Positions 1-13,300 of a stretch of 38,474 nucleotides of DNA are shown here, piece after piece. The position numbers and the translations under genes were made by a program. How positions within the stretch are numbered: the stretch's first letter is position 1; each line of letters starts with the position of its first letter. Source of the stretch: Nemertoderma westbladi (lineage: Eukaryota; Animalia; Xenacoelomorpha); assembly GCA_032718475.1 (NCBI GenBank), contig JAUCBJ010005466.1:1-38474 (forward strand). The letters are read 5' to 3'. The notes beneath the pieces are model-generated. The model was not told where the DNA came from. It did no database searches and was given only the letters and a program-made list of their open reading frames with translations.

Positions 1-1317
1 AGCAGAAGTACCGGTTTAACAGTTTTACCGGTCACTACGGTATTTTGCAACCTTATTGCTTACTGCAATAAGATCGTAACTGTTACTGTTCGCGCTTTTG
101 AAGACCTTTAGCAGTTTAACCTGCCAAAATTTATATGTCTTTTAGTTAATTAACACACCTTTAGCATACGACAATATTTTATGCTAATAAACAAAACATT
201 AGCCGAAGCCAGCCCATGCGCGATCATTCACCCGATGGATCTACACCCGGGAGGCTGAATTCGGATGCTTAGATTTTATTATTGCAGTGTAAGGTTGCAG
301 TGTAAGCCTACTGTATTATTCGATTGATCGCTAATATGTAATTTCTGACAGATATTATTAACTTTCGGGAAATATTAACAGTTCCTTTAGGACGTGGCGC
401 TCTATCTATTTAAACAGAGCTAGGACTTATACTAAACGCAACGATAAGGCTTATGATTAAAGTATAAGTCGCATTCTTTAGGAAATGCTTTGTTACCAGT
501 CACATCACACTCACAATCATGCACACTATTCTGCCGACCGTCAGTATATTTGATCACACATAAAGAGAACAGCAATTGACTCAGGTAGTGTCTACTAAAT
601 AACATTAGATTCAATACACACCACATTGATATAAATCGCAATTGTTATATATAGCCTGTCTCTCTAACCTGTAGTGTATCAAGAAATTGGGAAATTTGGG
701 TGATTTATCAATATTCTCCAAATGACAATATTTCATCAACAAATCGATACAATTAATAACTGACGGTAAATAGCAGTACAAACAATATGATTAGTGCAGT
801 TAAATTAAGTGAGGTAACACTGCCGGTAACAGTTATACTTTCTATAATCTAAGCAGTTTACTAGAGTTCTTCCCAAAAAGCCGGTGTTTCTGGCTTAGAC
901 AGCAATAACAACAAAGTATCAAGTAAGGCAGTAAGACTGAACACTCTCCTTATGATCGGCTGAAAAGCTACACGTCGACAGGAAAAATCGCTCTGATTGG
1001 CTCAAGCCAAACAAAGAACTATGCGTCCAATGGCTGTTTCCATGTCAGCAACCAGCTGTTAGATGTCGTAATATGAATCATCACGGCTAAGCTGTGAAAG
1101 GTAGTTGGTGCATTACAGGTTTTTTGCCTTACCATGTCCGCCAAAACACGTATATAGCAGAATGACTTTTATGTCCGTTAAAACACCTGTAACGGTACCT
1201 TGCGGGCGAGGGGAATATATATACAGTTAGAGAACCTTTTTAGAGTATTCCAGCGCCTGGGGGGAAACTGGATTGCGAAGCAAAAGGGGCCAGTTATATC
1301 CCACAGAAGCTTTTACA

Positions 1318-4300
1318 GATATCTCACACAATGCATCGGCCCGCACCTACAGCACTGGGGGTGTGTGTAGACTGATATCTCACACATTGCTTCGGCCCGC
1401 ACCTACAGCACTGGGGGTGTGTGTAGACTGATATCTACCGCACCTACAGCACTGGGGGTGTGTGTAGACTGATATCTCCCGCACCTACAGCACTGGGGGT
1501 GTGTGTAGACTGATATCTCCCGCACCTACAGCACTGGGGGTTTGTGTAGACTGATATCTCCCGCACCTACAGCACTGGGGGTGTGTGTAGACTGATATTT
1601 TCCGCACCTACAGCACTGGGGGTGTGTGTAGACTGATATCTCCCGCACCTACAGCACTGGGGGTGTGTATAGACTGATATCTCCCGCACCTACAGCACTG
1701 GGGGTGTGTGTAGACTGATATCTCACACAATGCATCGGCCCGCACCTACAACACTGGGGGTGTGTGTAGACTGATATCTCACACAATGCATCGGCCCGCA
1801 CCTACAGCACTGGGGGTGTGTGTAGACTGATATCTCCCGCACCTACAGCACTGGGGGTGTGTGTAGACTGATATCTCACACAATGCATCGGCCCGCACCT
1901 ACAGCACTGGGGGTGTGTGTAGACTGATATCTCCCGCACCTACAGCACTGGGTGTGTGTGTAGACTGATATCTCACTCAATGCATCGGTCCGCACCTACA
2001 GCACTGGGGGTGTGTGTAGACTGATATCTCCCGCACCTACAGCACTGGGTGTGTGTGTAGACTGATATCTCACACAATGCATCGGCCCGCACCTACAGCA
2101 CTGGGGGTGTGTGTAGACTGATATCTCACACAATGTATCGGCCCGCACCTACAGCACTGGGGGTGTGTGTAGACTGATATCTCCCTCACCTACAGCAATG
2201 GGGGTGTGTGTAGACTGATATCTCCCGCACCTACAGCACTGGGGGTGTGTGTAGACTGATATCTCCCGCACCTACAGCACTGGGGGTGTGTGTAGACTGA
2301 TATCTCCCGCACCTACAGCACTGGGGGTGTGTGTAGACTGATATCTCCCGCACCTACAGCACTGGGGGTGTGTGTAGACTGATATCTCACACAATGCATC
2401 GGCCCGCACCTACAGCACTGGGGGTGTGTGTAGACTGATATCTCCCGCACCTACTGCACTGGGGGTATGTGTAGACTGATATCTCCCGCACCTACAGCAC
2501 TGGGGGTGTGTGTAGACTGATATCTCGCACAATGCATCGGCCCGCACCTACAGCACTGGGGGTGTGTGTAGACTGATATCTCACACAATGCATCGGCCCG
2601 CACCTACAGCACTGGGGGTGTGTGTAGACTGATATCTCACACAATGCATCGGCCCGCACCTACAGCACTGGGGGTGTGTGTAGACTGATATCTCCCGCAC
2701 CTACAGCACTGGGGGTGTGTGTAGACTGATATCTCACACAATGCATCGGCCCGCATCTACAGCACTGGGGGTGTGTGTAGACTGATATATCCCGCACCTA
2801 CAGCACTGGGGTTGTGTGTAGACTGATATCTCCCGCACCTACAGCACTGGGAGTGGGTGTAGACTGATATCTCCCGCACCTACTGCACTGGGGGTGTGTG
2901 TAGACTGATATCTCACACAATGCATCTGCCCGCACCTACAGAACTGGGGGTGTGTATAGACTGATATCTCCCGCACCTACAGCACTGGGGGTGTGTGTAG
3001 ACTGATATCTCACACAATGCATCGGCCCGCACCTACAACACTGGGGGTGTGTATAGACTGATATCTCCCGCACCTAGAGCACTGGGGGTGTGTGTAGACT
3101 GATATCTCACACAATGCATCGGCCCGCACCTACAGCACTGGGGGTGTGTATAGACTGATATCTCCCGCACCTACAGCACTGGGGGTGTGTGTAGAGTGAT
3201 ATCTCACACAATGCATCGGCCCGCACCTACAGCACGGGGGGTGTGTGTAGACTGATATCTCACACAATGCATCGGCCCGCACCTACAGCACTGGGGGTGT
3301 GTGTAGACTGATATCTTACACAATGCATCGGCCCGCACCTACAGCACTGGGGGTGTGTATAGACTGATATCTCCCGCACCTACAGCACTGGGGGTGTGTA
3401 TAGACTGATATCTCCCGCACCTACAGCACTGGGGGTGTGTATAGACTGATATCTCCCGCACCTACAGCACTGGGGGTGTGTGTAGACTGATATCTCCCGC
3501 ACCTACAGCACTGGGAGTGTGTGTAGACTGATATCTCACACAATGCATCGGCCCGCACCTACAGCACTGGGGGTGTGTATAGACTGATATCTCCCGCACC
3601 TACAGCACTGGGGGTGTGTGTAGACTGATATCTCCCGCACCTACAGCACTGGGAGTGTGTGTAGACTGATATCTCACACAATGCTTCGGCCCGCACCTAC
3701 AGCACTGGGGGTGTGTGTAGACTGATATCTCCCGCACCTACAGCATTGGGGGTGTGTGTAGACTGATATCTCACACAATGCTTCGGCCCGCACCTACAGC
3801 ACTGGGGGTGTGTGTAGACTGATATCTCCCGCACCTACAGCACTGGGGGTGTGTGTAGACTGATATCTCACACAATGCTTCGGCCCGCACCTACAGCACT
3901 GGGGGTGTGTGTAGACTGATATCTCCCGCACCTACAACACTGGGGGTGTGTGTAGACTGATATCTCACACACCTACAGCACTGGGGATGTGTATAGACTG
4001 ATATCTCCCGCACCTACAGCACTGGGGGTGTGTGTAGACTGATATCTCCCGCACCTACAGCATTGGGGGTGTGTGTAGACTGATATCTCACACAATGCTT
4101 CGGCCCGCACCTACAGCACTGGGGGTGTGTGTAGACTGATATCTCCCGCACCTACAGCACTGGGGGTGTGTGTAGACTGATATCTCACACAATGCTTCGG
4201 CCCGCACCTACAGCACTGGGGGTGTGTGTAGACTGATATCTCCCGCACCTACAACACTGGGGGTGTGTGTAGACTGATATCTCACACACCTACAGCACTG

Positions 4301-7300
4301 GGGATGTGTATAGACTGATATCTCCCGCACCTACAGCACTGGGGGTGTGTGTAGACTGATATCTCCCGCACCTACATCACTGGGGGTTTGTGTAGACTGA
4401 TATCTCACACAATGCATCGGCCCGCACCTACAGCACTGGGGGTGTGTGTAGACTGATATCTCCCGCACCTACAGCACTGGGGGTGTGTGTAGACTGATAT
4501 CTCCCGCACCTACAGCACTGGGGGTGTGTGTAGACTGATATCTCCCGCACCTACAGCACTGGGGGTGTGTGTAGACTGATATCTCACTCAATGCATCGGC
4601 CCGCACCTACAGCACTGGGGGTCTGTGTAGACTGATATCTCACACACCTACAGCACTGGGGGTGTGTGTAGACTGATATCTCCCGCACCTACAGCACTGG
4701 GGGTGTGTGTAGACTGATATCTCACTCAATGCATCGGCCCGCACCTACAGCACTGGGGGTCTGTGTAGACTGATATCTCACACACCTACAGCACTGGGGG
4801 TGTGTGTAGACTGATATCTCCCGCACCTACATCACTGGGGGTTTGTGTAGACTGATATCTCACACAATGCATCGGCCCGCACCTACAGCACTGGGGGTGT
4901 GTGTAGACTGATATCTCCCGCACCTACAGCACTGGGGGTGTGTGTAGACTGATATCTCCCGCACCTACAGCACTGGGGGTGTGTGTAGACTGATATCTCA
5001 CTCAATGCATCGGCCCGCACCTACAGCACTGGGGGTCTGTGTAGACTGATATCTCACACACCTACAGCACTGGGGGTGTGTGTAGACTGATATCTCCCGC
5101 ACCTACAGCACTGGGGGTGTGTGTAGACTGATATCTCACACAATGCATCGGCCCGCACCTACAGCACTGGGGGTGTGTGTAGACTGATATCTCCCGCACC
5201 TACAGCACTGGGGGTGTGTGTAGACTGATATCTCACACAATGCATCGGCCCGCACCTACAGCACTGGGGGTGTGTGTAGACTGATATCTCCCGCACCTAC
5301 AGCACTGGGTGTGTGTGTAGACTGATATCTCACTCAATGCATCGGCACGCACCTACAGCACTGGGGGTGTGTGTAGACTGATATCCCCCGCACCTTCAGC
5401 ACTGGGTGTATGTGTAGACTGATATCTCACACAATGCATCGGCCCGCACCTACAGCACTGGGGGTGTGTGTAGACTGATATCTCACACAATGTATCGGCC
5501 CGCACCTACAGCACTGGGGGTGTGTGTAGACTGATATCTCCCTCACCTACAGCACTGGGGGTGTGTGTAGACTGATATCTCCCGCACCTACAGCACTGGG
5601 GGTGTGTGTAGACTGATATCTCCCGCACCTACAGCACTGGGGGTGTGTGTAGACTGATATCTCCCGCACCTACAGCACTGGGGGTTTGTGTAGACTGATA
5701 TCTCCCGCACCTACAGCAATGGGGGTGTGTGTAGACTGATATCTCACACAATGCATCTGCCCGCACCTACAGCACTGGGGGTGTGTGTAGACTGATATCT
5801 CCCGCACCTACTGCACTGGGGGTATGTGTAGACTGATATCTCCCGCACCTACAGCACTGGGGGTGTGTGTAGGCTGATATCTCGCACAATGCATCGGCCC
5901 GCACCTACAACACTGGGGGTGTGTGTAGACTGATATCTCACACAATGCATCGGCCCGCACCTACAGCACTGGGGGTGTGTGTAGACTGATATCTCACACA
6001 ATGCATCGGCCCGCACCTACAGCACTGGGGGTGTGTGTAGACTGATATCTCCCGCACCTACAGCACTGGGGGTGTGTGTAGACTGATATCTCACACAATG
6101 CATCGGCCCGCATCTACAGCACTGGGGGTGTGTGTAGACTGATATCTCCCGCACCTACAGCACTGGGGGTGTGTGTAGACTGATATCTCCCGCACCTACA
6201 GCACTGGGAGTGGGTGTGTAGACTGATATCTCCCGCACCTACTGCACTGGGGGTGTGTGTAGACTGATATCTCACACAATGCATCGGCCCGCACCTACAG
6301 AACTGGGGGTGTGTATAGACTGATATCTCCCGCACCTACAGCACTGGGGGTGTGTGTAGACTGATATCTCACACAATGCATCGGCGCGCACCTACAACAC
6401 TGGGGGTGTGTATAGACTGATATCTCCCGCACCTACAGCACTGGGGGTGTGTGTAGACTGATATCTCACACAATGCATCGGCCCGCACCTACAGCACTGG
6501 GGGTGTGTATAGACTGATATCTCCCGCACCTAGAGCACTGGGGGTGTGTGTAGACTGATATCTCACACAATGCATCGGCCCGCACCTACAGCACTGGGGG
6601 TGTGTATAGACTGATATCTCCCGCACCTACAGCACTGGGGGTGTGTGTAAAGTGATATCTTACACAATGCATCGGCCCGCACCTACAGCACTGGGGGTGT
6701 GTGTAGACTGATATCTCCCGCACCTACAGCACTGGGGGTGTGTGTAGACTGATATCTCACACAATGCATCGGCCCGCACATACAGCACTGGGGGTGTGTA
6801 TAGACTGATATCTCCCGCACCTACAGCACTGGGGGTGTGTATAGACTGATATCTCCCGCACCTACAGCACTGGGGGTGTGTGTAGACTGATATCTCCCGC
6901 ACCTACAGCACTGGGGGTGTGTGTAGACTGATATCTCACACAATGCATCGGCTCGCACCTACAGCACTGGGGGTGTGTATAGACTGATATCTCCCGCACC
7001 TACAGCACTGGGGGTGTGTTTAGACTGATATCTCCCGCACCTACAGCACTGGGGGTGTGTGTAGACTGATATCTCACACAATGCATCGGCCCGCACCTAC
7101 AGCACTGGGGGTGTGTATAGACTGATATCTCACACAATGTATCGGCCCGCACCTACAGCACTGGGGGTGTGTGTAGACTGATATCTCCCTCACCTACAGC
7201 AATGGGGGTGTGTGTAGACTGATATCTCCCGCACCTACAGCACTGGGGGTGTGTGTAGACTGATATCTCCCGCACCTACAGCACTGGGGGTGTGTGTAGA

Positions 7301-10300
7301 CTGATATCTCCCGCACCTACAGCACTGGGGGTGTGTGTAGACTGATATCTCCCGCACCTACAGCACTGGGGGTGTGTGTAGACTGATATCTCACACAATG
7401 CATCGGCCCGCACCTACAGCACTGGGGGTGTGTGTAGACTGATATCTCCCGCACCTACTGCACTGGGGGTATGTGTAGACTGATATCTCCCGCACCTACA
7501 GCACTGGGGGTGTGTGTAGACTGATATCTCGCACAATGCATCGGCCCGCACCTACAGCACTGGGGGTGTGTGTAGACTGATATCTCACACAATGCATCGG
7601 CCCGCACCTACAGCACTGGGGGTGTGTGTAGACTGATATCTCACACAATGCATCGGCCCGCACCTACAGCACTGGGGGTGTGTGTAGACTGATATCTCCC
7701 GCACCTACAGCACTGGGGGTGTGTGTAGACTGATATCTCACACAATGCATCGGCCCGCATCTACAGCACTGGGGGTGTGTGTAGACTGATATATCCCGCA
7801 CCTACAGCACTGGGGTTGTGTGTAGACTGATATCTCCCGCACCTACAGCACTGGGAGTGGGTGTAGACTGATATCTCCCGCACCTACTGCACTGGGGGTG
7901 TTTGTAGACTGATATCTCACACAATGCATCTGCCCGCACCTACAGAACTGGGGGTGTGTATAGACTGATATCTCCAGCACCTACAGCACTGGGGGTGTGT
8001 GTAGACTGATATCTCACACAATGCATCGGCCCGCACCTACAACACTGGGGGTGTGTATAGACTGATATCTCCCGCACCTACAGCACTGGGGGTGTGTGTA
8101 GACTGATATCTCACACAATGCATCGGCCCGCACCTACAGCACTGGGGGTGTGTATAGACTGATATCTCCCGCACCTAGAGCACTGGGGGTGTGTGTAGAC
8201 TGATATCTCACACAATGCATCGGCCCGCACCTACAGCACTGGGGGTGTGTATAGACTGATATCTCCCGCACCTACAGCACTGGGGGTGTGTGTAGAGTGA
8301 TATCTTACACAATGCATCGGCCCGCACCTACAGCACTGGGGGTGTGTGTAGACTGATATCTCACACAATGCATCGGCCCGCACCTACAGCACTGGGGGTG
8401 TGTGTAGACTGATAGCTCCCGCACCTACAGCACTGGGGGTGTGTGTAGACTGATATCTCACACAATGACTGGGGGTGTGTGTAGACTGATATCTCCCGCA
8501 CCTACAGCACTGGGGGTGTGTGTAGACTGATATCTCACACAATGCATCGGCCCGCACCTACAGCACTGGGGGTGTGTGTAGACTGATATCTCCCGCACCT
8601 ACAGCACTGGGGGTGTGTGTAGACTGATATCTCACACAATGCATCGGCCCGCACCTACAGCACTGGGGGTGTGTGTAGACTGATAGCTCCCGCACCTACA
8701 GCACTGGGGGTGTGTGTAGACTGATATCTCCCGCACCTACAGCACTGGGGGTGTGTGTAGACTGATATCTCACACAATGCATCGGCCCGCACCTACAGCA
8801 CTGGGGGTGTGTGTAGACTGATATCTCCCGCACCTACAGCACTGGGGGTGTGTGTAGACTGATATCTCACACAATGCATCGGCCCGCACCTACAGCACTG
8901 GGGGTGTGTGTAGACTGATAGCTCCCGCACCTACAGCACTGGGGGTGTGTGTAGACTGATATCTCCCGCACCTACAGCACTGGGGGTGTGTGTAGACTGA
9001 TATCTCCCGCACCTACAGCACTGGGGGTGTGTGTAGACTGATATCTCCCGCACCTACAGCACTGGGGGTGTGTGTAGACTGATATGCTCCCGCACCTACA
9101 GCACTGGGGGTGTGTGTAGACTGATATCTCCCGCACCTACTGCACTGGGGGTGTGTGTAGACTGATATCTCACACAATGCATCTGCCCGCACCTACAGAA
9201 CTGGGGGTGTGTATAGACTGATATCTCCCGCACCTACAGCACTGGGGGTGTGTGTAGACTGATATCTCACACAATGCATCGGCCCGCACCTACAACACTG
9301 GGGGTGTGTATAGACTGATATCTCCCGCACCTACAGCACTGGGGGTGTGTGTAGACTGATATCTCACACAATGCATCGGCCCGCACCTACAGCACTGGGG
9401 GTGTGTATAGACTGATATCTCCCGCACCTAGAGCACTGGGGGTGTGTGTAGACTGATATCTCACACAATGCATCGGCCCGCACCTACAGCACTGGGGGTG
9501 TGTATAGACTGATATCTCCCGCACCTACAGCACTGGGGGTGTGTGTAGAGTGATATCTTACACAATGCATCGGCCCGCACCTACAGCACTGGGGGTGTGT
9601 GTAGACTGATATCTCACACAATGCATCGGCCCGCACCTACAGCACTGGGGGTGTGTGTAGACTGATAGCTCCCGCACCTACAGCACTGGGGGTGTGTGTA
9701 GACTGATATCTCACACAATGACTGGGGGTGTGTGTAGACTGATATCTCCCGCACCTACAGCACTGGGGGTGTGTGTAGACTGATATCTCACACAATGCAT
9801 CGGCCCGCACCTACAGCACTGGGGGTGTGTGTAGACTGATATCTCCCGCACCTACAGCACTGGGGGTGTGTGTAGACTGATATCTCACACAATGCATCGG
9901 CCCGCACCTACAGCACTGGGGGTGTGTGTAGACTGATATCTCACACAATGCATCGGCCCGCACCTACAGCACTGGGGGTGTGTGTAGACTGATATCTCCC
10001 GCACCTACAGCACTGGGGGTGTGTGTAGACTGATATCTCACACAATGCATCGGCCCGCACCTACAGCACTGGGGGTGTGTGTAGACTGATATCTCCCGCA
10101 CCTACAGCACTGGGGGTGTGTGTAGACTGATATCTCCCGCACCTACAGCACTGGGGGTGTGTGTAGACTGATATCTCCCGCACCTACAGCACTGGGGGTG
10201 TGTGTAGACTGATATCTCCCGCACCTACAGCACTGGGGGTGTGTGTAGACTGATATCTCACACAATGCATCGGCCCGCACCTACAGCACTGGGGGTGTGT

Positions 10301-13300
10301 GTAGACTGATATCTCCCGCACCTACAGCACTGGGGGTGTGTGTAGACTGATATCTCACACATTGCTTCGGCCCGCACCTACAGCACTGGGGGTGTGTGTA
10401 GACTGATATCTCCCGCACCTACAGCACTGGGGGTGTGTGTAGACTGATATCTCCCGCACCTACAGCACTGGGGGTGTGTGTAGACTGATATCTCCCGCAC
10501 CTACAGCACTGGGGGTGTGTGTAGACTGATATCTCACACAATGCATCGGCCCGCACCTACAGCACTGGGGGTGTGTGTAGACTGATATCTCCCGCACCTA
10601 CAGCACTGGGGGTGTGTGTAGACTGATATCTCCCGCACCTACAGCACTGGGGGTGTGTGTAGACTGATATCTCCCGCACCTACAGCACTGGGGGTGTGTG
10701 TAGACTGATATCTCCCGCACCTACAGCACTGGGGGTGTGTGTAGACTGATATCTCCCGCACCTACAGCACTGGGGGTGTGTGTAGACTGATATCTCCCGC
10801 ACCTACAGCACTGGGGGTGTGTGTAGACTGATATCTCACACAATGCATCGGCCCGCACCTACAGCACTGGGGGTGTGTGTAGACTGATATCTCCCGCACC
10901 TACAGCACTGGGGGTGTGTGTAGACTGATATCTCCCGCACCTACAGCACTGGGGGTGTGTGTAGACTGATATCTCACACAATGCATCGGCCCGCACCTAC
11001 AGCACTGGGGGTGTGTGTAGACTGATATCTCCCGCACCTACAGCACTGGGGGTGTGTGTAGACTGATATCTCCCGCACCTACAGCACTGGGGGTGTGTGT
11101 AGACTGATATCTCCCGCACCTACAGCACTGGGGGTGTGTGTAGACTGATATCTCACAATGCATCGGCCCGCACCTACAGCACTGGGGGTGTGTGTAGACT
11201 GATATCTCACACATTGCTTCGGCCCGCACCTACAGCACTGGGGGTGTGTGTAGACTGATATCTCCCGCACCTACAGCACTGGGGGTGTGTGTAGACTGAT
11301 ATCTCCCGCACCTACAGCACTGGGGGTTTGTGTAGACTGATATCTCCCGCACCTACAGCACTGGGGGTGTGTGTAGACTGATATCTCCCGCACCTACAGC
11401 ACTGGGGGTGTGTGTAGACTGATATCTCCCGCACCTACAGCACTGGGGGTGTGTGTAGACTGATATCTCCCGCACCTACAGCACTGGGGGTGTGTGTAGA
11501 CTGATATCTCCCGCACCTACAGCACTGGGGGTGTGTGTAGACTGATATCTCCCGCACCTACAGCACTGGGGGTGTGTGTAGACTGATATCTCACACAATG
11601 CATCGGCCCGCACCTACAGCACTGGGGGTGTGTGTAGACTGATATCTCCCGCACCTACAGCACTGGGGGTGTGTGTAGACTGATATCTCCCGCACCTACA
11701 GCACTGGGGGTGTGTGTAGACTGATATCTCCCGCACCTACAGCACTGGGGGTGTGTGTAGACTGATATCTCCCGCACCTACAGCACTGGGGGTGTGTGTA
11801 GACTGATATCTCCCGCACCTACAGCACTGGGGGTGTGTGTAGACTGATATCTCCCGCACCTACAGCACTGGGGGTGTGTGTAGACTGATATCTCACACAA
11901 TGCATCGGCCCGCACCTACAGCACTGGGGGTGTGTATAGACTGATACCTCCCGCACCTACAACACTGGGGGTGTGTGTAGACTGATATCTCCCGCACCTA
12001 CAACACTGGGGGTGTGTGTAGACTGATATCTCCCGCACCTACAGCACTGGGGGTGTGTGTAGACTGATATCTCACACAATGCATCGGCCCGCACCTACAG
12101 CACTGGGGGTGTGTATAGACTGATATCTCCCGCACCTACAGCACTGGGGGTGTGTGTAGACTGATATCTCCCGCACCTACAGCACTGGGGGTGTGTGTAG
12201 ACTGATATCTCACACAATGCATCGGCCCGCACCTACAGCACTGGGGGTGTGTATAGACTGATACCTCCCGCACCTACAGCACTGGGGGTGTGTGTAGACT
12301 GATATCTCCCGCACCTACAGCACTGGGGATGTGTATAGACTGATACCTCCCGCACCTACAGCACTGGGGGTGTGTGTAGACTGATATCTCCCGCACCTAC
12401 AGCACTGGGGGTGTGTGTAGACTGATATCTCACACAATGCATCGGCCCGCACCTACAGCACTGGGGGTGTGTATAGACTGATACCTCCCGCACCTACAAC
12501 ACTGGGGGTGTGTGTAGACTGATATCTCCCGCACCTACAGCACTGGGGGTGTGTGTAGACTGATATCTCACACAATGCATCGGCCCGCACCTACAGCACT
12601 GGGGGTGTGTGTAGACTGATATCTCCCGCACCTACAGCACTGGGGGTGTGTGTAGACTGATATCTCCCGCACCTACAGCACTGGGGGTGTGTGTAGACTG
12701 ATATCTCCCGCACCTACAGCACTGGGGGTGTGTGTAGACTGATATCTCCCGCACCTACAGCACTGGGGGTGTGTGTAGACTGATATCTCCCGCACCTACA
12801 GCACTGGGGGTGTGTGTAGACTGATATCTCACACAATGCATCGGCCCGCACCTACAGCACTGGGGGTGTGTATAGACTGATATCTCACACAATGCATCGG
12901 CCCGCACCTACAGCACTGGGGGTGTGTGTAGACTGATATCTCACACAATGCATCGGCCCGCACCTACAACACTGGGGGTGTGTGTAGACTGATATCTCAC
13001 ACAATGCATCGGCCCGCACCTACAGCACTGGGGGTGTGTGTAGACTGATATCTCCCGCACCTACAGCACTGGGGGTGTGTGTAGACTGATATCTCACACA
13101 ATGCATCGGCCCGCACCTACAGCACTGGGGGTGTGTGTAGACTGATATCTCCCGCACCTACAGCACTGGGTGTGTGTGTAGACTGATATCTCACTCAATG
13201 CATCGGTCCGCACCTACAGCACTGGGGGTGTGTGTAGACTGATATCTCCCGCACCTACAGCACTGGGTGTGTGTGTAGACTGATATCTCACACAATGCAT

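Noticed and set aside
432-1200. 69-aa ORF, CCAAT-like boxes (~995-1032) and a short TTACAGGT/ACCTGTAA inverted repeat in the left flank
   Set aside because: No recognisable domain, splice pattern or associated gene is present, and the motifs are too short to support a call.
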